Shown in pieces: positions 56,400 to 64,000 of a DNA stretch of 64,000 bases. The translations under genes and the position numbers were made by a program. The notes beneath the pieces are model-generated. The model was not told the DNA's origin and searched no databases. It worked only from the letters and a program-made list of their open reading frames with translations. The stretch lies in the NCBI GenBank assembly GCA_963840035.1, contig CAWIXE010000001.1:46675-110674 (forward strand). The letters are read 5' to 3'. Source of the stretch: a candidate division FCPU426 bacterium (GTDB lineage: Bacteria > Oederibacteriota > PGYV01 > Palsa-1178). Position 1 is the first letter of the stretch, and every line of letters starts with the position of its first letter.

Positions 56400-56428
56400 T
56401 TAGTCAGATTATGTTGCAAAAAAGTTCC
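56400..56428 (-). promoter_or_regulatory. Putative autoregulatory ECF promoter
   Basis: GGAACT-N17-GACTAA. Confidence 0.7.
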
Positions 56429-56841
56429 AATAAAAAATTGAAGATAGTGGATTTAAGATTGCGGATTAATAAAAGACCTAAAAATGCCTTTTTATCAGGT
56501 TTTGGTATATTAATCCGCAATCCCCAATCAACAATCTTCAATGGTTTTCCCTAACCCTCAGTATTATATAAGGAAAGCCGCTTCTTTTCAAGAATAAACC
56601 GCTTTACCTTCCTTATATATACAGGATGCCCTTTAAGGGTTATTTATATCTAATATCGCATATCCAATATTCCCCGTTTCGCTTGGCGGAACAAGGCATT
56701 AAAATTATCCTTTTAACCTGAATATGTTTATGTTAAGATATTGGAACTATTAGTCATAATTTGGATATCAATAGTGCTATTAGACGCGCTTATATCTAAT
56801 ATCTAACCGCGCATATCCGAAATACTATCAGGAGGATTTTG

Positions 56842-59403
56842 ATGAAATTTAAAGAGTTTAACGTAGTACCGAACCTGCCGGAGAAGCTCAAACCGCTTTT
56901 AAGCCTGGCAAGCAACATATGGTGGGCATGGGACGCCGAAGCTTTTGGCCTTTTCAGGGACATTGACTCTGACCTGTGGTCCGAGACCTCCCATAACCCT
57001 GTAAAACTCCTTTATAACGCGTCACAGGAGAAGCTCAACCAGCTCGCTGCTGACGAGGGTTTCCTCTTCAGGATAGACAGCGTCATAAAACGCCGCGACC
57101 AGTATATTTCCAGGCCGTCGTGGTACGACAAAGTAAAAAAATCAATGCCTGACGATTTCCTTATAGCTTACTTTTCAGCGGAATACGGCCTTGCAGAGTG
57201 CCTTCCTGTGTATTCAGGCGGCCTTGGCGTATTATCAGGCGACCATTTAAAGTCAGCCTCTGACCTCGGCCTTCCTTTTATAGCGGTCGGCCTTTTATAC
57301 GGACAGGGCTATTTCCACCAGTATTTAACAAGCGAGGGCTGGCAGCAGGAACGCTATGTCAACCACGATTACCACATCGCCCCTATAGCCCTTATTAAGG
57401 ATAAAAATAACCAGCCTATAATCCTTTCCATACAAATGCCCCACGCCAATGTAAAATTCCAGCTGTGGAAAGTATCGGTTGGCCGCATATCGCTGTATCT
57501 GATGGACACGAACATACCGGAAAACACCCCGGCAGACCGCGAGATTACCGCTCTTTTATACGGCGGCGACACGGATATGAGGATCAAACAGGAATACCTT
57601 CTTGGCATAGGCGGCATGATAGCTTTAACCGCCTTGAACCTAAACCCCACGGTAACACACATGAACGAAGGACATTCGGCATTCTTAGCCCTCGAACGCA
57701 CAAAAATGTTCATGCACAATAAGGGCATGTCGTTCGCGGAAGCGCGCGAGGCAGTGGCCGGGTCTTCAATGTTTACCACACACACGCCTGTTCCTGCCGG
57801 AAACGACCGCTTTACATATGACGTCATGGAAAAATACTTCAAGGCATATGTGGAACAAAATTTAAAGATACCTTTTAACGACTTCTTCAGGATGGGCCGC
57901 GTAAACCCGGACGACGAGAACGAAACGTTCTGCGTCACCGTACTCGCCCTTAAAATGTCAGACTTTAATAACGGCGTCTCAAAACTCCACGGCCACGTAT
58001 CGCGCGACATGTGGAAAGACATATGGAAAGGCGTGCCTTTGGATGAAGTGCCCATCACGCACATCACAAACGGAATCCACATGAATTCCTGGATATCAAA
58101 GGAAATGGCTGATTTATTCATGCGCTACCTCGGCACGCGCTGGGTTGACGCTCCGGACGACCATACCATCTGGTCAAGGATCAGCGAAATACCCGACACA
58201 GAACTTTGGAGGACGCACGAGCGCAGGAAAGAACGCCTTGTGGCCTTTGTCCGCAGGACGCTGAAGAAATCCCTTAAAGGACGCGGCGCCACAAAGGAAG
58301 AGCTCGACAGGACAAACGAGATATTGAACCCGGAAATACTCACAATAGGTTTTGCCAGAAGGTTTGCCACTTACAAAAGGGGCACGCTTATATTCAGGGA
58401 CATAGAGCGCATCAAAAAGATACTTTCAAACAAGGAAATGCCGGTGCAGATCATATTTGCCGGAAAAGCCCACCCCAAGGACAATATGGGCAAGGATTTC
58501 ATCAAACAGGTATATCAGATAGCCCAGAAGGAAGAGTTCCGCAACAACATAGTTTTTGTCGAGGACTACGACCTTCACACGGCGCATTACCTGGTACAGG
58601 GCGTTGACGTATGGCTCAATAACCCGATAAGGCCGCTTGAGGCCTCGGGCACCTCCGGAATGAAAGTAAACTTCAACGGCGGATTGAACTGCTCGATTCT
58701 TGACGGCTGGTGGGACGAGAAATCAGAGGACGACAACGGCTGGAACATAGGCCGCGGCGAGGAATACGAGGACCCGGAATACCGCGACAGCGTGGAAGCC
58801 AGCCAGTTATATGACATCCTCGAAACAGACATGGTCCCGCTTTATTACAAGCGCGGCAAAGACGGCCTCCCGCATGACTGGGTCAAGAAAATGAAGACCT
58901 CCATGCAGACTCTCTGCCCTGTTTTCAACACCAACAGGATGGTCATGGAATACACGGAAAAGTTCTACATCCCGGGCGGACAGCAGTTTTTCAACCTCTC
59001 GGCCAATAACTTTGCCAAGGCAAGGGGCCTGGCAAAGTGGAAGGAAGAACTGCGCAAGAACTGGAACGGCGTAAAGGTAAACCAGATATCAGCCGAAACA
59101 ACAGGCGACATAAAAGTAGGCACTTCCATAAAAGTGCAGGCCATGATAGACGGCTCATGGTTAAAACACGAGGACCTGCTTGTGGAGATATACTACGGCT
59201 ACTCAAGGGGCAAGAAAGACCTGGAATGCACGGCAGCCGTAAAGATGGAATACAAAGGCAACAGGGACAAGGATTTCATCTTTGAAGGCTTGATAAAAAC
59301 AGAAGCCTCCGGAACGATAAACTACACAGTAAGGGTCCTCCCGAAAAACGGGGACCTAAACGTAAAGTTCCAGCCAAACATGATAAAGTGGAGTGAAGTA
59401 TAA
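56842..59403 (+). CDS. glgP: Alpha-glucan (glycogen) phosphorylase
   Basis: YSGGLGVLSGDHLKSASDLG, HMNEGH, FTTHTPVPAG, GFARRFATYKR, EASGTSGMK. Confidence 0.97.
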   Translation: MKFKEFNVVPNLPEKLKPLLSLASNIWWAWDAEAFGLFRDIDSDLWSETSHNPVKLLYNASQEKLNQLAADEGFLFRIDSVIKRRDQYISRPSWYDKVKKSMPDDFLIAYFSAEYGLAECLPVYSGGLGVLSGDHLKSASDLGLPFIAVGLLYGQGYFHQYLTSEGWQQERYVNHDYHIAPIALIKDKNNQPIILSIQMPHANVKFQLWKVSVGRISLYLMDTNIPENTPADREITALLYGGDTDMRIKQEYLLGIGGMIALTALNLNPTVTHMNEGHSAFLALERTKMFMHNKGMSFAEAREAVAGSSMFTTHTPVPAGNDRFTYDVMEKYFKAYVEQNLKIPFNDFFRMGRVNPDDENETFCVTVLALKMSDFNNGVSKLHGHVSRDMWKDIWKGVPLDEVPITHITNGIHMNSWISKEMADLFMRYLGTRWVDAPDDHTIWSRISEIPDTELWRTHERRKERLVAFVRRTLKKSLKGRGATKEELDRTNEILNPEILTIGFARRFATYKRGTLIFRDIERIKKILSNKEMPVQIIFAGKAHPKDNMGKDFIKQVYQIAQKEEFRNNIVFVEDYDLHTAHYLVQGVDVWLNNPIRPLEASGTSGMKVNFNGGLNCSILDGWWDEKSEDDNGWNIGRGEEYEDPEYRDSVEASQLYDILETDMVPLYYKRGKDGLPHDWVKKMKTSMQTLCPVFNTNRMVMEYTEKFYIPGGQQFFNLSANNFAKARGLAKWKEELRKNWNGVKVNQISAETTGDIKVGTSIKVQAMIDGSWLKHEDLLVEIYYGYSRGKKDLECTAAVKMEYKGNRDKDFIFEGLIKTEASGTINYTVRVLPKNGDLNVKFQPNMIKWSEV

Positions 59404-59418
59404 TAAAAGGTTCACCTA

Positions 59419-59463
59419 CCTCTCCCCTCCCCTTATTCCATAAGGGGAGGGTCAGGGTGGGGA
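59419..59463. repeat. Solo CCCCTCCC...GGGGAGGG hairpin related to the MITE interior
   Basis: CTCCCCTCCCCTTATTCCATAAGGGGAGGGTCAGGGTGGGG. Confidence 0.55.
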
Positions 59464-59562
59464 TCAAGGTTTAAGACTTAAGGTCTAAGTTCTAAAATCT
59501 AAGGATAAGAATAAGGGTAAGGGTTAAGGAAGGTCAGAATCTAACGTCGGAGGGGAAAACAC

Positions 59563-59946
59563 ATGGCAATGCGCTCACCTAAGGAAATGAAAATGCACGA
59601 TACCATCATCAGATCGCTGGCCGGAATTTATGAATCAAAGAACGCCCAGCAGGTCATGACAAACCTGGAAAAACAGGACGCGGTCATCAAAGGTGTCTCC
59701 GTTGACGTGATAGTAAAAAATCCCATCACCTACATCTTCAAAGTGGAAACCGACACCTCGGTCACCGAGGGAGAAGCCATAGCCTGGAAAGGCATTTCAG
59801 ACCAGCTGGGCACATTCTTCCTGCTGATCCCGGAGCCGCTGAAAGCGGAAGCAAACAGGATCCTGGCAAAAGTGGGCCTTAAAAACGTAAGGCTGTGCTA
59901 CTACAAAATAGCGGACAACAAACTGAAGTTCATAAACCTGCCGTAA
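59563..59946 (+). CDS. Hypothetical protein whose 3' end is repeated downstream
   Basis: GGAGGGG RBS, 127 aa, followed by a terminator. Confidence 0.8.
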   Translation: MAMRSPKEMKMHDTIIRSLAGIYESKNAQQVMTNLEKQDAVIKGVSVDVIVKNPITYIFKVETDTSVTEGEAIAWKGISDQLGTFFLLIPEPLKAEANRILAKVGLKNVRLCYYKIADNKLKFINLP

Positions 59947-59963
59947 TCAAAACCTAATATGCC

Positions 59964-59992
59964 AAAGGCCGCGTGATAACGCGGCCTTTTTT
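59964..59992 (+). terminator. Rho-independent terminator (copies near 61048 and 62505)
   Basis: AAAGGCCGCG-TGATAA-CGCGGCCTTTTTT. Confidence 0.8.
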
Positions 59993-60191
59993 GTTACCTG
60001 CGCCTTTTAACTTGTAGGGGTGATTCATGTATCACTCGTTTTAAAACACCGACGAAATACCACCCTAAAAAATATAACTCTTTGAAATTATTATTTTGCA
60101 GATTTGCTATTTAAAACATAAAAAGTACCTGTTAAAAAAAATAATCGCTATTGTTACTCCAAGATTCCAAGCCATTATAGTTTTGATTTCT

Positions 60192-60476
60192 TCATTCGAT
60201 GACGATAAATCCTGCATGGCTAAATATGAATTGTATTTTTAGCCCGGCTTTTCCTCTAATTATGGCGAATTCGCCATAATTAGAATCAGGGTTATTTATA
60301 CTCTCCCAAATGCCTAAAAACTCCACTGTATTCCTGTTCCTTAACCAATCGGATATAAAAAAATCACCTTCTTTGGCTCTTAACATGTCTGTAAGCGATA
60401 TATAATCCTCATTGCCGGATTTAATAATTGATATTTTAACGCCTTTAACCAATATTGTTTTCTTCATTTTCATCAT
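60192..60476 (-). pseudogene. Truncated KilA-N domain protein
   Basis: DYISLTDM, ISDWLRNRNTVEFLGIWE..NNP; recognisable similarity ends after KAGL. Confidence 0.75.
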
Positions 60477-60557
60477 CGCCCCCCTGACATAGGTGTATGC
60501 TTTTATGCAAATAATTATACATTATGTATACTTATTGTCAAGCATATGAGGATTGGG

Positions 60558-60758
60558 GTTATTGTATATAATCGTGTGTAAATTCATATTCGCTTATATT
60601 AAACGTGTTAATTTTCTTCTACCACTGCTCCCCCTCTCCTCTTAGGAGAGGGGCTGGGGTGAGGTGAAACCAATTGTCTTATTCCCCTCACCCTACCCTC
60701 TCCCAAGGGGAGAGGGAAAAAAGAACAAAACAATTTACACACAATTCTTGACAATATC
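60558..60758. mobile_element. MITE-like element, copy 3
   Basis: TAATCGTGTGTAAA...TTTACACACAATT..GACAATATC; interior matches 33084-33200. Confidence 0.7.
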
Positions 60759-60976
60759 AGGATTGGGATTGCGGTAGGTTTGCTTGTTTCAATGATATTT
60801 AAACCTAATCCAACATTAAGCCGCAGCAAGCGGCGGCTCTACAAAAATCGGTGTGTGCGGTGGGTGTTTGAACTGTCTATAGTATGCTTGCTTCAATGCC
60901 ATGAATAAGCGCAGGCCGGTGGAACGCAGGCCTGCGACTACTAAATCGTTGCCTTCGGGCCGCCACAAAGGCGGAC

Positions 60977-61076
60977 CTGTGCTACTACAAGATAGCGGAT
61001 AACAAACTGAAGTTCATAAACCTCCCGTAATCAAAACCTAATATACCAAAGGCCGCGTGAAAACGCGGCCTTTTTT
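60977..61076 (+). repeat. Copy of the last ~17 codons plus terminator of 59563-59946
   Basis: CTGTGCTACTACAAGATAGCGGATAACAAACTGAAGTTCATAAAC...TAATCAAAACCTAA...terminator. Confidence 0.92.
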
Positions 61077-61078
61077 AT

Positions 61079-62200
61079 TTATTCATACTTCATCACTGTT
61101 GCTTTTAAACCCAATGCCCCGTCTCCGAATATCACATATGGCACTGAATTATAGGTATAGAATCCGACGCTTTCAACACCCGAATGCTCAGCAAAATCCG
61201 TCCTGCCCACATCAACCCAGTTGTTGTTGACAAGCTTCATCACCATTACCCTGCGTATGGTTGTAGTCGTATACCTCTGGGATTCGCCGTAACAGTATAA
61301 TGTGCCGTTGTCATTAAATATGCCCGCGTCTGTACCGTTGTATGATATGTCGGATGATATGCCTCTGGCCCCCACATACTGCCATGAACCGCCTTCGTAT
61401 TTCATGACCGTCATCTTTTGGTCCCCTGATATCATGTCGGGAAAAGCGACATATGGCACTGTCCCGACAAATGTAAGGTCCGTCATATATGCGACATCCG
61501 GCGTAAACCCGGCTGCCCCGATATTTTGCCATGCTCCGGTAACCAATTTGACCAGTGAGCCGTGGTTGCCCTGCGCCATATCCATAAAGTTCACGTAGGG
61601 CACACCCGATTCAAAGGCGAGGGAAGGATTTCTGGCCCCTGTGATATCAGGCCCCACCTGTGTCCATGAACTCCCGTTAAATGTCATTACCCTGGCTATG
61701 TTTGTGGTGTTGTCAGCAAACGCTACATACAATATGTTATTGTCCGCACAAAAAGATACCGCACCTATATCGCCTGTGGCAAACCTCGCTGCTCCGGCTG
61801 CGCTCCAAGCTGAGCCGCTGTATTTCATAACAGTTACACCGGCCGTGGCCTGGCTCATATCACTGAACGCGACATATATCTCTCCCGAACATTTCAGCAG
61901 CTTGGGGAACCTTCCCACGGCAAAACCCGATGGACCCAACGCAGCCCATGATGTCCCGTTAAACTCCATTACTGTTACGTTATCGGGAGTCGGCCTCGGA
62001 GATGGAAACGAGGAAAAAGCAGCGTATATCTGGCCGTTATCAATAAGAAGCGCCGGCGACACATATGTATCCGTGGGTGAAAACCCGGCCGTTCCTACGA
62101 GCTTCCAGTCCACAGTGGATAACGGCGCTGTCGGAATCTTTTTTGAACAAGCGCATAATAAGACCAGCATAACAGCAAATACTAATATTATTTTTTTCAT
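61079..62200 (-). CDS. Lipoprotein with W..(V/L/I)G..G(F/I) repeats, probable beta-propeller
   Basis: Lipobox LCAC; about six repeats of YVAF.D...TVM..G.W..VG. Confidence 0.82.
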   Translation of the reverse strand: MKKIILVFAVMLVLLCACSKKIPTAPLSTVDWKLVGTAGFSPTDTYVSPALLIDNGQIYAAFSSFPSPRPTPDNVTVMEFNGTSWAALGPSGFAVGRFPKLLKCSGEIYVAFSDMSQATAGVTVMKYSGSAWSAAGAARFATGDIGAVSFCADNNILYVAFADNTTNIARVMTFNGSSWTQVGPDITGARNPSLAFESGVPYVNFMDMAQGNHGSLVKLVTGAWQNIGAAGFTPDVAYMTDLTFVGTVPYVAFPDMISGDQKMTVMKYEGGSWQYVGARGISSDISYNGTDAGIFNDNGTLYCYGESQRYTTTTIRRVMVMKLVNNNWVDVGRTDFAEHSGVESVGFYTYNSVPYVIFGDGALGLKATVMKYE

Positions 62201-62284
62201 ATGCCCTCCCTTATATCGTACAATATTTAGACGCTTTTCCCCTGAAAATCGGTTACGTAATTATACCACTAATTTGACATATTA

Positions 62285-62534
62285 AAACAGACACCTCAGT
62301 CACCGAGGGCAAAGCCATAGCCTGGAAGTAAGGCATCTCAGACCAGCTCGGCGCATTCTTCCTGCTGGTACCGGAGCCGCTGAAGGCTGAGGCAAACAGG
62401 ATCCTGACAAAAGTTGGGCTTAAGAACGTCATGCTGTGCTGCTACAAGATAGCGGATAACAAACTGAAGTTCATAAATATCCCGTAATCAAAACCTAAAA
62501 TACCAAAGGCCGCGTGATAATGCGGCCTTTTTTT
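62285..62534 (+). pseudogene. Diverged copy of the 3' half plus terminator of 59563-59946
   Basis: Aligns to 59747-59992; mostly third-position changes; a 3-nt insertion creates TAA. Confidence 0.88.
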
Positions 62535-62555
62535 ATTCCTTCTGCCTTTGAATTC

Positions 62556-62817
62556 GTAGGGGCGATTCACGAATCGCCCGCCTTTGAATTTGCTTTTGTA
62601 TAAATACGGTAGTCGCACCCTCTACGTACCATCGGGGTGCGTACACGGTTGCGTAGGCTTTCTATATTTTGCTTGCTTCAATACCTTGAATAGGCGCAGG
62701 CTGTTCGATACGTATATGGCATGAGAATATTATAGGACTCATGACATATACCGGTGGAACGCAGGCCTGCGACTACTAAATCACTGTCTTCGGGCCGACA
62801 CACAGGTCGGCCCCTAC
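62556..62817. repeat. Cluster of GTAG-type REP-like hairpins
   Basis: GTAGGGGCGATTCACGAATCGCCC; GTAGTCGCACCC..GGGTGCG; minus strand GTAGGGGCCGACCTGTGTGTCGGCCC. Confidence 0.65.
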
Positions 62818-62868
62818 AAGGTATTAATTGTAAATCTATCTTTCAATATCTGATTGCACATGCTATCT

Positions 62869-63999
62869 CTACGGCTTATTCCATCCTATCCCTACATTGT
62901 TGCCAAAAATATCGTGGTATGACACATCTATAGAGACTACGCTGCTCCATGCTATGGATTGGTTCGTAAGCGTATGCGACGTGGCTGTTTTGGCAAGCGT
63001 TGGAGAATCATACAGCTGATAATACACCGGGTTGCCCGTATTTCCCGGGTCCGCGGAAACCGTCAGGAAAACGTCACCTATGACCGCCAGCGGGTCAACT
63101 GTGGAGGACCCGTCGCTGAGCTTATATTCCCAGGTTATCTTATTTATGGTGCCGTTCCCGTTAAGGTATACGGTCGGAATGGGTATTGCCAGATATTTGA
63201 CTATATCTGCCTCGCTCGCCACATTGAATGTGAGGGTTTTTGTCTTATAAGATACCGTATAAACCCCCGCGGGCGGCAGTACGGGCGAGGGAACTGCAGG
63301 TGAATAGTATGTCTTCATATAGTCCTGGGTGCCGGCGTAAAATTCGCTTGATACCGACTCAATTCCCGAACCGGCTGCGCCGCTGAAACCTATAGAGGCG
63401 GGAAAGTTCTTGTCCGAGTCGAATATTTTAATTCCCAGTCTGTAATAGGCGGGACTTACGGGAGGTGAAAACACAGGCGTAAGACCGGAACCGAAATTTC
63501 CCGCGTTCACCGAATACAACATGGTATAGGTATAAAACCTGCCATTTACAACGTCCACAACGCCGTCCCCATCCGCGTCCGGCGCTTTAAGGGCCGCGCC
63601 CAGAGGGCCGTTGCTGAAAGCATAGGACGATATGTCGCCGGCCGTCATGGGTATTTCGTTGCCGATGGGATTATGGCCGGGTTCCACGATCGTTCCGTTG
63701 GAAGACAGTGTCTGAAGGTCTATGGAATTGGATCCGCTTTCAAGCATGTTCAAAGGCAGTGATTCAACCCCGCTGCCCAGGGTCAGGTATCCGAGATAGC
63801 TCCCGCCGTCGCCGATGAATATAAGCCCCGCTGGCCAGCCTTCCTGAGCGTTCACCTGAAAACCGCCGTTAACAACGTCAAACAAAAGAAAGGAACCGGT
63901 GGTTATAACCGCCACCTTTTTTACAAGCGTATAATCCAGCGCATAAGCGACGGACTCCCCGAGCAGTGAGGCTAAAAATCCGGAGATTGAAATGCCATT
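62869..63999 (-). CDS. Hypothetical, probably exported protein; 5' end outside window
   Basis: Frame stays open from 63915 to the window edge; PDADGDGVVD motif. Confidence 0.75.
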   Translation of the reverse strand, partial: NGISISGFLASLLGESVAYALDYTLVKKVAVITTGSFLLFDVVNGGFQVNAQEGWPAGLIFIGDGGSYLGYLTLGSGVESLPLNMLESGSNSIDLQTLSSNGTIVEPGHNPIGNEIPMTAGDISSYAFSNGPLGAALKAPDADGDGVVDVVNGRFYTYTMLYSVNAGNFGSGLTPVFSPPVSPAYYRLGIKIFDSDKNFPASIGFSGAAGSGIESVSSEFYAGTQDYMKTYYSPAVPSPVLPPAGVYTVSYKTKTLTFNVASEADIVKYLAIPIPTVYLNGNGTINKITWEYKLSDGSSTVDPLAVIGDVFLTVSADPGNTGNPVYYQLYDSPTLAKTATSHTLTNQSIAWSSVVSIDVSYHDIFGNNVGIGWNKP

Positions 64000-64000
64000 A

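Noticed and set aside
59747-62534. Diversity-generating retroelement TR/VR pair
   Set aside because: Differences are not adenine-specific, are mostly synonymous, and no reverse transcriptase is in the window
209-63303. Many plus-strand ORFs (e.g. 22030-23073, 7480-8187) and minus-strand ORFs inside glgP
   Set aside because: Antisense shadows of well-supported genes, with no recognisable motifs

Overview
Bacterial window, ~45-50% GC, almost entirely minus-strand. Outer-membrane barrels, PorV-like genes and Thr-Pro-rich secreted proteins with FlgD-Ig tails indicate a diderm, probably anaerobic organism; resemblance to Ca. Goldiibacteriota/FCPU426-type genomes is inference only. From left to right: (1) a carbon/acid-stress block (partial H+ P-type ATPase, two ABC permeases, xfp, a glgB/HAD deletion scar, pgm, tal, PRC-barrel). 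(2) An ArsR/DUF134 sulfur-redox cluster. (3) A ~14 kb internally duplicated extracytosolic flavinylation island: ApbE, 2x FMN-binding, 2x porin, 2x HTHTH membrane protein, 2x NusG-II, 2x Gx-transporter/ECF-T fusion, 2x Rrf2, 2x MCP. (4) ldhA, an Fe-S protein and a candidate C-rich sRNA ending in four tandem terminators. (5) STAS/HD-GYP signalling genes and rrf2-iscS-nadA-iscU-mnmA. (6) An ECF sigma with a zinc anti-sigma whose periplasmic tail resembles the C-terminal domain of two PorV-paired cargo proteins; the sigma and both cargoes share a GGAACT-N17-G(T/A)C promoter. (7) glgP, then a hotspot where the 3' end of one small gene is repeated around lipoprotein-type cassettes. Several MITE-, REP- and heptamer-hairpin families are dispersed throughout. 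No rRNA, tRNA or CRISPR was recognised. All domain calls come from reading motifs, not database searches. The best candidates for an undescribed system are the ECF/anti-sigma-CTD/PorV module and the porin- and MCP-linked flavinylation island.
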